This document shows positions 1-12,693 of a DNA stretch of 64,000 nt, one piece after another (position 1 is the first letter of the stretch; each line of letters begins with the position of its first letter). The translations under genes and the position numbers were made by a program. The stretch comes from Longimicrobiales bacterium (GTDB lineage: Bacteria > Gemmatimonadota > Gemmatimonadetes > Longimicrobiales > Gaopeijiaceae): the NCBI GenBank assembly GCA_965249725.1, contig CBDFMQ010000002.1, positions 1,344,001 to 1,408,000 of the forward strand, given 5' to 3'. The notes below the pieces were generated by a model, which did no database searches, was not told the DNA's origin, and worked only from the letters and a program-made list of their open reading frames with translations.

Positions 1-1046
1 ATCTCGCTTACCTCCTGGACGCGGCTCTCCGTCCGCTTATTGCCCGACATCAACTGCATGTAGTCGATCACCAAGAGGCCGAGGTCGGTCTCGGATTTGA
101 GGCGGCGCGCTTTGGCCCGCATGTCCAGGACCGTGCTTCCGGGGGAATCGTCGATCCACAGAGGAGCCGTGTTCAGATGGCCGGCCGCGGCCGCAAGACG
201 CTGGTACTCGTCGGGGCTCATTTTACCGCGGCGCAGCCGCTGGGCATCCACGCGGCCCTCGGCACAGAGGAAGCGCTGAACGAGCTGTTCCTTAGACATC
301 TCCAGAGAGAACATCGCCACCGTCGTGTTATGCTCGATGGCCGCAGTCTGGGCCACGTTGAGCACCCAGGACGTCTTCCCCATGGACGGACGTGCGGCGA
401 CGATGATGAGGTCGCCCTTCTGCAAGCCCGTGGTCATGCGGTCCAGGTCCTTGAATCCGGTAGGCACTCCGGTGATGCCCCCTGCCGACTCCTGCAGCTT
501 CTCGATGTGCTCGAAGGTCGGCCACAGGATCTCCTTGATCCAAACGAACCCTTCTCGGTCGTGACTCTCGGCCACCCGGAAGACCCGCTGCTCCGCATGG
601 TCCAGGACCTCTTCCACGTCCCGCTCACCTTGATCGTAGACGTCACGGATGATGTCCGAGGCCGCGTCGATCAGTCTCCTGAGGAGTGCCTTTTCCCGGA
701 CGATGCGTGCGTGATACTCGATGTTGGCGGCGGTGGGTACGGCATCGAGCAACTCTGCCAGATAGGCGGTACCGCCTGACGACTCGAGCTCGTTGGTCTT
801 CTTGAGCTCTTCGTTCAGCGTGATGACGTCGACCACGCCTCCCCGTTCGAAAAGGCGGGCCATGGAGCGGAACAGGCGCCTGTTGGCCTCCCGATAGAAC
901 ATCGAGTCATCGATGATCTCGATGGCTCGAGCGACGGCATCGCTGTCGATGAGCATCCCACCCAGAACCGAGATCTCTGCCTCGAGAGAGTACGGTGGCT
1001 GGCGGTCGTACTCGGCCGCGGCAGCAGGGATCGATGCAGTCTCCAT
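1..1046 (-). CDS. dnaB: Replicative DNA helicase DnaB (3' end runs off the window)
   Basis: Own translation from ATG 1046 (TGATG overlap with the udg stop): PPYSLEAEISVLGGMLID..., VPTAANIEYHARIV, Walker A AARPSMGKT, FSLEMS, LLVIDYMQLM. Not in the ORF track because it has no stop inside the window. Confidence 0.97.
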   Translation of the reverse strand, partial: METASIPAAAAEYDRQPPYSLEAEISVLGGMLIDSDAVARAIEIIDDSMFYREANRRLFRSMARLFERGGVVDVITLNEELKKTNELESSGGTAYLAELLDAVPTAANIEYHARIVREKALLRRLIDAASDIIRDVYDQGERDVEEVLDHAEQRVFRVAESHDREGFVWIKEILWPTFEHIEKLQESAGGITGVPTGFKDLDRMTTGLQKGDLIIVAARPSMGKTSWVLNVAQTAAIEHNTTVAMFSLEMSKEQLVQRFLCAEGRVDAQRLRRGKMSPDEYQRLAAAAGHLNTAPLWIDDSPGSTVLDMRAKARRLKSETDLGLLVIDYMQLMSGNKRTESRVQEVSE

Positions 1047-1849
1047 CAGCTCTCGTCCATCACCTGTCGAAGCAGCTGGAGGTCGTCCCACGTCGACCGA
1101 GTCCAGCCTGAGTTTCGCAGAAGTGCCGCCGGGTGGTAGGTGACCACCAGAGGAACCCCTTCGTAGCTATACACGGAGCCTCGCAACTTCCCGAGCGGTC
1201 GATTGATGGTTGTGAGGAGCTGAGCGGCGAAGGTGCCCACGACCAGAATAACCTCCGGCGCCACGAGCGCAATCTGCCGCTTCAGATACGGGGCGCAGAG
1301 TTCGATTTCATCGGCCATGGGATCGCGATTCCCCGGCGGGCGACACTTGAGCACGTTGCAGATGTAGACCGATTCCTGCCGGGACAGATCGACCGAAGCC
1401 AAAAGGAGGTCGAGGAGCTTCCCCGCCGGTCCGACGAACGGAAGGCCGGTCTTGTCCTCATTGGCCCCTGGGGCTTCTCCCACGACCATCAAGCGCGCGT
1501 CAGGGTTTCCGTCCGAGAACACGACGTTCGTTCGGGTGCGAGCCAACCGGCAGAGCTCACACGCCTCGGCGGCGGCCTTGAGTCCTCCGTAGTCGGAGTC
1601 CGTCAGGTCGGGAGTCTGCGCAACGACTTCATCCCGGCCATCCGGAGTTGCCCTGGCTTCCCGGACTCGTCTCGATGCGGGAGGCCCACCCTCGGCCGCC
1701 GTCGATCCGGCCATAGCACGCGCCTTCGCGGTCGCAGCCAGAGCTTCCGCCCGGGATAACTCGTCGAGGAAGAGCTCTTGCACGCCGAGCTCTTTTGCCT
1801 GCCCCAGAAAGCGCGCTATTCGTTCGATTTCCCGGGGGGTCCGAGTCAC
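1046..1849 (-). CDS. udg: Uracil-DNA glycosylase family 4 (Fe-S type)
   Basis: GEAPGANED, PFVGPAG, CELC/KCRPP/ELC cysteines, TYHPAALLR motifs. Confidence 0.93.
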   Translation of the reverse strand: MTRTPREIERIARFLGQAKELGVQELFLDELSRAEALAATAKARAMAGSTAAEGGPPASRRVREARATPDGRDEVVAQTPDLTDSDYGGLKAAAEACELCRLARTRTNVVFSDGNPDARLMVVGEAPGANEDKTGLPFVGPAGKLLDLLLASVDLSRQESVYICNVLKCRPPGNRDPMADEIELCAPYLKRQIALVAPEVILVVGTFAAQLLTTINRPLGKLRGSVYSYEGVPLVVTYHPAALLRNSGWTRSTWDDLQLLRQVMDES

Positions 1850-3087
1850 TGGCGACTCTCCATGAGTTCCGTGACCTCGTCCAGAATGATCTCGGCCACC
1901 TCGCTCTTGCTGCTCAAAGGGAACTCCTGGCTCGGCTCCCCTCTCCTGAGTAGCGTCACCCGATTCGTCTCCACCTCGAACCCGGCACCTTCTTCCGTGG
2001 CGTCGTTGGCGACGAGAAGGTCGAAGCCCTTCGACTCGAGTTTCTTGTGCGCGTTCTCCACCAAGTCTCCGGTCTCCAGAGCGAAACCGACCGCGATCGA
2101 GCCTGCCTTGCGCAACCCGCGGGTACCTCCGGCCACATCAGGGTTCTCGATGAGGTTCAGCAGGAGCTCGGGTCCGACGTCGGCCTTCTTGAGCTTGTCC
2201 TCCGCGGCGTCGACGGGGCGGTAGTCGGAGACGGCCGACGCAAACACCGACACGTCGATCTCGGGAAGGAGTCTCGACACTTCGTCGAACATCTCCCGGG
2301 CCGTCTCGACGCGGACGACCTCTACCCCGTGCGGCGCGTCGAGGGCTACGGGCCCGGAAACCAATGTGACCTCGGCGCCTCGCCTCCAGGCGGCCGCCGC
2401 CAGCGCGGTGCCCATACGGCCCGAGGATCGATTCCCCACGTACCGCACGGGATCGATCGCCTCTCGGGTCGGACCCGCGGTGACCAGCACGCGCCTTCCT
2501 TCGAGCGGACCACCCGCGGCGAGTGCACGTCCCACCTCCTCGAGAATCTGCGTGGGTTCGAGCATTCTCCCGGGACCCTCACCCTCGCCGTAGGCCAGCG
2601 GGCCCACAGCCGGTCCGGCAATACGATAGGAGAGCGCGTCCTTGAGATGCTCGACGTTCGCCTGGGTCTGCGGATGTGCGAACATGCGGTCGTTCATGGC
2701 GGGACAGAGCACGACCGGCGCTCGAGTGGCCAGGAGGGTCGTCGTGAGCAGATCGTTCGCCCGGCCTTGGGCAGCTCTTGCCAGGAAGTCGGCCGTGGCC
2801 GGGGCCACACAAACCACGTCGGCTTCTTGTCCGAGCCGGATGTGTAGCGCCGCTCCCTCGGTGGAGAACAGCTCCGTAAGGGCCGGGCGGCCGGTTACGC
2901 CCTCGAAGGATAGGGGTTGAACGAACTGCCGAGCACCGCGGGTGAGGACCACATCGACGGTCGCCCCGAGTCGGGTCAGGTCACGTGCGAGCTGCACGGC
3001 CTTGTAGGCGGCGATCCCGCCTGTGACTCCCAGGACGACACGGCGTCCATCCCAGGGACGCCGCGGACCCAATACGCTTCCGGGCAA
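1846..3087 (-). CDS. coaBC: Bifunctional phosphopantothenoylcysteine decarboxylase/synthase
   Basis: GVTGGIAAYKA, APATADFLA, PAMNDRM, VTAGPTREAIDPVRYVGNRSSGRMG, GFALET. Confidence 0.96.
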   Translation of the reverse strand: MPGSVLGPRRPWDGRRVVLGVTGGIAAYKAVQLARDLTRLGATVDVVLTRGARQFVQPLSFEGVTGRPALTELFSTEGAALHIRLGQEADVVCVAPATADFLARAAQGRANDLLTTTLLATRAPVVLCPAMNDRMFAHPQTQANVEHLKDALSYRIAGPAVGPLAYGEGEGPGRMLEPTQILEEVGRALAAGGPLEGRRVLVTAGPTREAIDPVRYVGNRSSGRMGTALAAAAWRRGAEVTLVSGPVALDAPHGVEVVRVETAREMFDEVSRLLPEIDVSVFASAVSDYRPVDAAEDKLKKADVGPELLLNLIENPDVAGGTRGLRKAGSIAVGFALETGDLVENAHKKLESKGFDLLVANDATEEGAGFEVETNRVTLLRRGEPSQEFPLSSKSEVAEIILDEVTELMESRQ

Positions 3088-3136
3088 GGCCCCTCGCTCT
3101 CTTTCGCCGCGCTGACCCGGCTACCGCCGGTGGAGG

Positions 3137-3352
3137 TTAATCCTCTCGCTTCCGACGCCCAACCAGGCGGAACTCGATCTGTCCGGAGGTGAGGGCCTCC
3201 AGCGACTTGGTGGTGAGCTTCTTTTCCTCACCGAGAGGAAGCGTTTCCCTCGGCAACGCGTTGAGCTCCCGAGCATATTTCGCCGCGACGAGCACGCCGA
3301 GATACTTGCTCTGGGTGTGCTTGGCAGACTCGTCGGGTGTGAATACGCGCAT
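3137..3352 (-). CDS. rpoZ: RNA polymerase omega subunit
   Basis: 71 aa with SKYLGVLVAAKYARELN and KLTTKSLEAL; canonical gmk-rpoZ-coaBC order; AGGAG RBS. Confidence 0.9.
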   Translation of the reverse strand: MRVFTPDESAKHTQSKYLGVLVAAKYARELNALPRETLPLGEEKKLTTKSLEALTSGQIEFRLVGRRKRED

Positions 3353-3411
3353 GAACTATGCTCCTGGGCAACGCCCTCTTATGTACAATTCTGGCAAGGA
3401 CTTAACGTGTT

Positions 3412-4080
3412 TCAGCTCGAGGCGGAAGTGAAGCCCGCCGCGAGAATCTCGTCGATTCGCCCTTGAAGTTGGCGAATCGTGTCGGATAAGTCGATGGCCG
3501 ATGAGCCCTGAGCCTCCTGGCCGGCTACGATGGCCCGGACCTGAGCGACCGCTCGGTCCAGATCTTCGTTGACCACGACGGCGTCGAAGTCCAGTGCCCG
3601 CTCCAGCTCTCCCCGGGCGTTTCTCAACCGGCGCGCCACGATCTCGTCCCCCTCCGTCCCCCTCCCCCTCAGACGCTCGACGAGGATCTCGGCGGACGGG
3701 GGCAGCACGAACACCAGGACCGCGTCCGGTACGCTGGCGCGGATCTGCATGGCCCCTTGGACGTCGATGTCCAAGATGAGGTGTTGTCCACGCCGGCTGG
3801 CATCATCGAGGTCGTTCTTCAGGGTCCCGTACATGTGGCCGTGCACCTCGGCCCACTCCAGCATTCGCCCGGTGTCGACAAGGTCCTGAAACTCGGACTC
3901 GCTGACGAAGTGATAGTGCACGCCCTCGGTCTCGTGCTTCCGGGCCGGCCGCGTAGTCGCCGAGACCGAGAAGACACAATCGTCCCATCCCCGGACGAGG
4001 GCCTTTGCGATGGACGTCTTGCCCGCGCCGCTCGGTGCGGACAATACAAGAGCCGCGGCACCTGCAGCGTCCAAGCTCAC
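3412..4080 (-). CDS. gmk: Guanylate kinase
   Basis: SAPSGAGKT P-loop, SVSATTRPAR, LEWAEVHG, LDIDVQGA. Confidence 0.96.
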   Translation of the reverse strand: MSLDAAGAAALVLSAPSGAGKTSIAKALVRGWDDCVFSVSATTRPARKHETEGVHYHFVSESEFQDLVDTGRMLEWAEVHGHMYGTLKNDLDDASRRGQHLILDIDVQGAMQIRASVPDAVLVFVLPPSAEILVERLRGRGTEGDEIVARRLRNARGELERALDFDAVVVNEDLDRAVAQVRAIVAGQEAQGSSAIDLSDTIRQLQGRIDEILAAGFTSASS

Positions 4081-4970
4081 TCCACGTTTTCCAATTGCTC
4101 GCGAAGCCGCTCGACTTCCTCCTTCAACGACACGGCGGCATGGCTGATCTCCCCATCGTTGGCCTTGGCACCGATGGTGTTGGCCTCGCGGTTCATCTCC
4201 TGGATGACAAATCCGAGACGCTTGCCCACGGGCTCGGCGGGATCGATGGCCAGAGTCTCACCGAAGAGCTCCACATGGGATCGGAAACGCACGAGTTCTT
4301 CGTTGATGTCCCATTTCTCGGCGAGGTAGGCGATTTCGCGGGCCAGCCGGTCCTCGTCGGCGGCGTGCCCCTCCATGAGTTCGGCCACCGCCTCGCGAAG
4401 TCGGTTCCGTTCTTCGACCAGGCGCTCGGGAGCGCGTTGCTCGATCAGGCTCAGGTGGCTCTCGATGGCCGCCAGCCGCTCCTCGAGATCGGCCTGGAGT
4501 CGGGCGCCTTCGGTCTCCCGCATGCCGACAACGGCGGACGCTGCCGCCTCCGTGAGCCTCTTGATCACGGCCGTATCCACATCGGCGGAGGGGTTCGCCG
4601 GAGGCGGGGCCCTGAAGATCTCGCCGAACCGGGCGACATGCGACAACTCTACACCCCCCTCGAGGTCCAATTCGCTGCGCAGCGTCTCTAGCAGGTCTTT
4701 GTACCGGGCGGCCTTGTCGAGATCGAGCTCCGGAAGAGTCTCGTCGCCGGTGGTTAGGCCCCGGTCGACTGAGAGGCTGTAGGTCACGTGGCCTCGGCCG
4801 ATGAAGGAACGCAGCGCGGACTGAATCTCGGCCTCCAGCCGGTCGAACCCGGGAGGGGTCCGCAGACTCGCGTTGAAGAACCGATGGTTGACCGTCTTCA
4901 TCTCGACGCGCACCAAACCGGCGTCGGTCGCCTCTTCGGCCTCGCCGAAACCGGTCATGCTTCGAATCAT
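4077..4970 (-). CDS. yicC: YicC/YloC family endoribonuclease
   Basis: MIRSMTGFG, KTVNHRF, DINEELVRFRSH, QEMNREANTIGAK, REQLENVE. Confidence 0.94.
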   Translation of the reverse strand: MIRSMTGFGEAEEATDAGLVRVEMKTVNHRFFNASLRTPPGFDRLEAEIQSALRSFIGRGHVTYSLSVDRGLTTGDETLPELDLDKAARYKDLLETLRSELDLEGGVELSHVARFGEIFRAPPPANPSADVDTAVIKRLTEAAASAVVGMRETEGARLQADLEERLAAIESHLSLIEQRAPERLVEERNRLREAVAELMEGHAADEDRLAREIAYLAEKWDINEELVRFRSHVELFGETLAIDPAEPVGKRLGFVIQEMNREANTIGAKANDGEISHAAVSLKEEVERLREQLENVE

Positions 4971-5000
4971 GTCAGCGCGCCTCTCTCGAATCGGGATCCA

Positions 5001-5048
5001 TCTCAGGGGCCTTCTCAGGGGCTTTCTCAGGGGCCTGCCCTGGGGCCT
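5001..5048. repeat. Intergenic 12-bp tandem repeat, 4 units (TCTCAGGGGCCT)
   Basis: tctcaggggcct/tctcaggggctt/tctcaggggcct/gccctggggcct read directly. Confidence 0.85.
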
Positions 5049-5049
5049 T

Positions 5050-7121
5050 TTAGTTGTTCAGGGTCCAACGCACTCCGTACATCGTGCGGAAGCGGGCCTG
5101 CTCGCGACCGGGAAAGTCGAAATTGTCTTCCTTCGCCGCAATGTTCTCCCACCGGATGAAGATCTTGACCGTAACGATACGGACCTGGATCTGGCCGAAC
5201 AGATCACGGTAGACCGGCATGCGCAGGAGCGGTGGGCCGGGAGGTTCCGCCTCTGGATCGGGCTCGCCCTCCCGCGGCTCCTCGGGCGGATCGACCGGAT
5301 CCTCCACGGGTGGATCGGGATCGATGATGGGCAGGAGCATCCCCTCGTGCCCGGTCACACCGATCGTCCCCCAGAGTTCGAGGTTCCTCGACTCCTTGAA
5401 GACGCGGTGGTAGGTGACCGCTCCGTCCCAGGTTTGCCTGGGCAGGTACGGCAGCTCATCCTTCCACGACTGGAGGGCCCCCTCCAACCGGAATCCGGTG
5501 ATCGGGAGCGGTAGGCTGGCGGAGACCTCGTAGCCCGTGCGCTTGCCCCCCTCGAGCGCGATTCCATCCCGATCGAGGAGGGTCCCGAGAGGACGCAGGG
5601 AATCGGCCTCCATCGAGAGCCAAGCCGCGGACAAACTCAGATTCCGCCAGGCATACGTGGCTCCGGCCCGAATCCCGGTGCGCTCCGTGAACAAAGCCAG
5701 AGGCTTGTCGAGCGGTTGGACGGTGTCTTGGGGCTCCGCCGCCAGCGTGTCAGCGGCCAGCGTATCCACGGGTGGCGGCTCCAAGGATCGGAGGTACTCC
5801 TCGTACCGCGGCACGAATGGGACGCCGCTCTTGCCGTCTTCGTAGGATGCGAAAAGGGAGAGGCCGCGTAAGGGCGCCGTGACGGCACGGGCCCGCCAAG
5901 ACGAAGCGCTCTCCTCGGACCAGCGCTCCAAACGCATCGACACATCGAGCGAGAGCGTGCGTGGATCCGACCCGCCCACTGCGAGTTCGTAGGACTCGGA
6001 GGGCACCCCGTCTCCCTCCAGCAGCCGAGCGGTGGCGTCGCCCCAGATGCCTCCCTTCTCGTAGCCGGCCCTCAGGGCCAATTGGGATCGTCGGACGTCC
6101 ACATGCCCAAACACCGGGTCGTCGGGATCACCTCTGAGCGACGACGCTCCCCAGACCGCCTCGCCTGTGAGATCGTCCGTGAAGCTCCACCTTCCGCGCA
6201 CATTCCAGTCGTTGCGGATGACGTTGGACGGGAGGTCCTCCACATCGGTCTTCGTCGCAAAGCGCCTCGCTTCGGCCGACAGTCCCCCACGATTCCCACG
6301 GGAGAGGGCGTACCTCAGCGCGAACCCACTCAGAGATCCAGAAGCGTCGAGGCCCGGACCCCGCGTCTCCAGCCGGTCCATCGTGAACGTCAGGGCTCCA
6401 CCCAGGGTGTTCGGATGAGCGAGGATGCCCCGCAGGACGTTCGTGCTCAGGTCACCCGTGCCCACGTCCACCGTCGTCACCGGCTCCGGGTCGAGGGGCT
6501 CGATAGAACGAATCTCGATCAGGAGCTCGCCTGGATGTCTCTCGACTCGCACTTCTTCGAGGCCTCCCAGCCCGATACGGGACAGGTCGGCCACCCCGCC
6601 GTCCAGCGGAAGCCACTCGAACCCATCCCAAACGACTCGCACCCGGCCTCCCCCGCCGCCGAAGGCGACGGCGGCTCTCGGAGTCCCGTAGTCGCCGCCC
6701 TTCAAGGGGATGACTCCGGGTACCTGACTGACCAACTCGGCTAGGGTAAGCGCGCGATTGCCCTCCATCGCCGTGCGATCCCAACGCCACACCCCTGCTT
6801 CGAACGAAGGCTCCACGCCCGAGGGAAACCGCGGGAACGTATCCACGACCAGGCCGGACAGGGAGTCGACCACCGCCCCGAGGGAGTCCAACACCTGCTG
6901 GAGTGAGTCGGAGACGACCGGCGGAAGCGAGTCGGCAGGCACAACCAGGCTATCGGGGACCTGTGCGCTGTCCGCAGCCGGGATGGTGTCCGGTACCACC
7001 TGCCCCCGGGCGGCCTCAGGTGTGAGAGTGCCTACGAGCACGAACCCGAGCGCGAGACTCCCAACGCGCAACGCCCCGGCCATCGGGGCCCGGGGCGCGT
7101 AAGAGCGTCGGAAGGCCAGTG

Positions 7122-7125
<4 letters not shown>
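5050..7125 (-). CDS. Outer-membrane beta-barrel with TonB-receptor plug-like domain (start 7125 GTG or 7083 ATG)
   Basis: Signal-peptide-like N-terminus, plug-like LAELVSQVPGV...DGFEW...LEEVRVER, alternating beta-strand C-terminal half ending YGVRWTLNN; GTGA overlap with the pepA stop. Confidence 0.7.
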
Positions 7126-8615
<1,490 letters not shown>

Positions 8616-8628
8616 GGGGTCTTTCGCA

Positions 8629-9864
<1,236 letters not shown>

Positions 9865-10079
9865 GGAACGCTCCGCTGCATTGTCGTAAAGGGTCGAATC
9901 ATGCAGGCCCAGCCTCGACGAAAGGGCCCTTGTAGAGCGCGAAAGATACCCAGGGGATGGGGTGGGCGCCATCGACCGGAGTACCGTCAGAGAAGTCCCC
10001 CTCTGGTGCCTGTTGTCGTCCCGAACAAGCTTATCGGACGGCGCCCCAAAGGCCGACACGGACACCCCACGGAGATATC

Positions 10080-10838
10080 ATGAGCGAGGACAACGAGGGA
10101 GGCCGCCGCTACTCCGATGAGGAGTTCGCGCTGATCCTCCGGAAGGCCTCGGAGATCAGCGAGGTGGGCGAGAGCCATCCGGGCGGACTGTCCTTGTCCG
10201 AGATCCAGCAGATCGCCGCCGAGGCGGGGATCGATTCGTCCGCGATTGCACGAGCCGCCGCAGGCCTCCCCGAGCAGAGTCACGACAAACTGGTCTCGAT
10301 GATCGGTGGGCCGCTCATGTATCGTCACGAACGGACACTGCCTGGGAAGGTCTCGGAAGAAGGGCTCAGCAGAGTCCTTCAGTCCGTCCGCCAAACGGCC
10401 GCCCGTCAGGGAAAGTCCGAGCACGTCCTCGGTTCTCTGGAATGGCAGACTGTGGACGAGGCTAGTCAGATCTTCGTAAACGTCAGCGCCCGGGACGTGG
10501 ATACCGCCATCGAAGTGGTGGGCGATCGGAGAACGGCGGGGGCGCTAACGGTCCTCCTACCGACCGTCGCTAGTTTCCTGGGCTCGTTGATCCTGGTCAA
10601 CAAGGTTATCGAGCCTACCACCGCGCTCGGTGTCGCCGGAATTTTCGGAAGCGTGTTCGGAAGCGCAGCCATCGTGTCTCGGGCGATGTGGAGCCGCACG
10701 AGCGCGTCGTTTCAGCGGAGGCTGGGGGCGGTTATGGAGGAAGCGTCCCGGACCGCGGAGATGGCTTTGGAGGAGGATGACTCCGAGCCGACGGCACTCG
10801 GTACCGGCGAAGGCGAAGGCGGTTCGGCCAGCGAATAA
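10080..10838 (+). CDS. Hypothetical membrane protein (2 TM near C-terminus)
   Basis: GGAG RBS then ATG 10080; RRYSDEEFALILRKA and LSEIQQIAAEAGID N-terminal helices; two hydrophobic segments. Confidence 0.75.
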   Translation: MSEDNEGGRRYSDEEFALILRKASEISEVGESHPGGLSLSEIQQIAAEAGIDSSAIARAAAGLPEQSHDKLVSMIGGPLMYRHERTLPGKVSEEGLSRVLQSVRQTAARQGKSEHVLGSLEWQTVDEASQIFVNVSARDVDTAIEVVGDRRTAGALTVLLPTVASFLGSLILVNKVIEPTTALGVAGIFGSVFGSAAIVSRAMWSRTSASFQRRLGAVMEEASRTAEMALEEDDSEPTALGTGEGEGGSASE

Positions 10839-10881
10839 CGCGGAATCCTTCCGGAATTCCATCAACACAATCCAGGCTTGC

Positions 10882-10933
10882 TTGCTCTTCTTTTCTTTTC
10901 GAAGTACTTTGGATTTTCGGGTTTTCTTCGGTA
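10882..10933 (+). promoter_or_regulatory. sigma70-like promoter plus TTCGG-N6-TTCGG operator upstream of imuB
   Basis: TTGCTC (10882-87), 17 bp, TACTTT (10905-10); TTCGGGTTTTCTTCGGTA at 10916-10933. Confidence 0.6.
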
Positions 10934-10955
10934 TCCATTCCAGTCCGTTTTGTCC

Positions 10956-12305
10956 ATGTCAGAGCCCCGTCCTCGTGTGTATAGTGGTCCCACCCACCCG
11001 GCCGTTCGCGGGTGGGAGACCAGGGGCGCAACCACCACCCATCTCCGAGGAAGCCGCCAAGCCCTCTGTGCCTGGCTGCCCACCTTCGAGCTCCGGCTGG
11101 AGCTGGTTCGAAGCCCGGAGTTGGATACCACATCCGTGGCCCTCCTCTCCCCCGGCGAGAACACTCGGCGCACGGTCTGGCAGGTCTCCGAGCGAGCTTC
11201 CATCGCCGGCGTACGTCCCGGACAACTCATCTCCCAAGCCATCGCCCTCTGCCCTTCCCTCACTCTCCTGGAACCCGATCCGGCCCACTACGACACGGCT
11301 CAAGAGGAGCTTCTCGAGACGCTTTCGAACCTGAGTCCCATCGTGGAGCCGGCCGGTCGCGGAAGGGTCTTCGTAGGAATGGACGGCCTGGGACGGCTCT
11401 ACGGATCCCCGCCGCGCCAGGTGGACCGAGTCCTCGGAGCGCTCCTCACCATCTTCCCCCGCCCACTGGTGGCCGCCATGAGAATGGGATGGGCCCCGGG
11501 AAAGTTCGGGGCCTGGGTGGCCGCAGCCGGAGCGGGGCCCGGACAGCCCGTGATCGTGAGAGACGAGGAGCTCCTTTCCTTTCTTGGTCCCTGCCCCGTC
11601 TCCGTCCTCCCGGTGGATACGGTGATCGTCGAGCGACTCGAACGACTCGGGGTCGAGACACTGGACGACCTGATCCGTCTCCCGACGCCGGCTCTTGTCG
11701 GCCAATTCGGGTCGGACGGTCGAAAGGCCCGGGAATGGGCCACCGGCAAACGCATCGATTCCGTGCAGCCGAATCATCGACCTCGACCGATCCGCTCTTC
11801 CCTGGACTTCCACACTCCTGTGGGGCAGGTGCAGACGCTCCACGGTGCTCTAGACCGCCTCCTCGAGCGGGCGCTGGCCCGCCCGGAGCGTCAGGGTCGG
11901 AGCATACAGGGTGTCGGCTTGGCCGCTCGACTCGAGGGTGGGAGCTCGTGGTCCATGGAAACGGTTCTTCGAGAGTCCACGGCACATCGTGAACGCATCG
12001 CGTTCGTCCTGAGGGCGCGGATGGCGCTGTCCCCTCCTCCCCGCGCCGTAGAGGCCCTCACCGTGGAGTTCTTCCAGTTCGGGCCGGCCACGTCCCAGAA
12101 CGACCTCTTCGATCGAGGGGAATCCAGCGGCAGAGAAGAGAGCGGACGGGAGCTGTCCGGGGGCATCATCCCCTCCGCCCTCCGAGAGGCCGTGCAGGAG
12201 CTCAAGCTGAAGCTCGGCTACTCCCCCCTCTACCGCGTCGTGGAAGTGGACCCCTGGTCACGGATTCCCGAGCGGAGGCATGCGCTGCTGAACTTCGAAC
12301 CGTGA
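10956..12305 (+). CDS. imuB: ImuB-like inactive Y-family DNA polymerase, lacking the C-terminal ImuB-C domain
   Basis: Y-family scaffold (GVRPGQLISQAIALCP, LSPIVE, LERLGVETLDDL) without the N-terminal catalytic Asp (CAWLPTF); clamp motif QNDLF; ends at DPWSRIPERRHAL. Confidence 0.85.
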   Translation: MSEPRPRVYSGPTHPAVRGWETRGATTTHLRGSRQALCAWLPTFELRLELVRSPELDTTSVALLSPGENTRRTVWQVSERASIAGVRPGQLISQAIALCPSLTLLEPDPAHYDTAQEELLETLSNLSPIVEPAGRGRVFVGMDGLGRLYGSPPRQVDRVLGALLTIFPRPLVAAMRMGWAPGKFGAWVAAAGAGPGQPVIVRDEELLSFLGPCPVSVLPVDTVIVERLERLGVETLDDLIRLPTPALVGQFGSDGRKAREWATGKRIDSVQPNHRPRPIRSSLDFHTPVGQVQTLHGALDRLLERALARPERQGRSIQGVGLAARLEGGSSWSMETVLRESTAHRERIAFVLRARMALSPPPRAVEALTVEFFQFGPATSQNDLFDRGESSGREESGRELSGGIIPSALREAVQELKLKLGYSPLYRVVEVDPWSRIPERRHALLNFEP

Positions 12306-12322
12306 TGGATCTCCGGGGTCGG

Positions 12323-12521
12323 CTAGTTGACCGTCGCCGGATCCACCCTCGACGGCGTCGCCGCGCCAGAGATCATGGTCTCTGCACCCATCGCGATGGC
12401 CTTGATGGCATTAGTCATGTGATCGAGGTCCAAGGTCTCAACGTGATCGGACACCTGATGATAGTCCTGGTCGACGTCGCGGGGCAAAGCAACGAGCCGG
12501 TGCCGTGCGGAGCGAGGTCAT
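12323..12521 (-). pseudogene. Remnant of an M28-family peptidase (RBS+start joined out of frame to the last 51 codons)
   Basis: 12478->12323 reads DVDQDYHQVSDHVETLDLDHMTNAIKAIAMGAETMISGAATPSRVDPATVN*, with the M28 YHxxxD motif; GGGGAGA RBS plus ATG at 12521 in another frame. Confidence 0.65.
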
Positions 12522-12693
12522 GGTTCTCCCCTGATCGAAATGGGCATCTAAGGTTCCGCGGTCCCGCGAGCCATCGAGCCGGAGTCCCACGGCGGATCTG
12601 GACCTAGACGAGGCACGCCTATCCGGCGTCACATCGACTTTGTTGTCCTTCCGCCGCATGGAACTGTTCGGCACGTGAGACGATAGAGATCCC

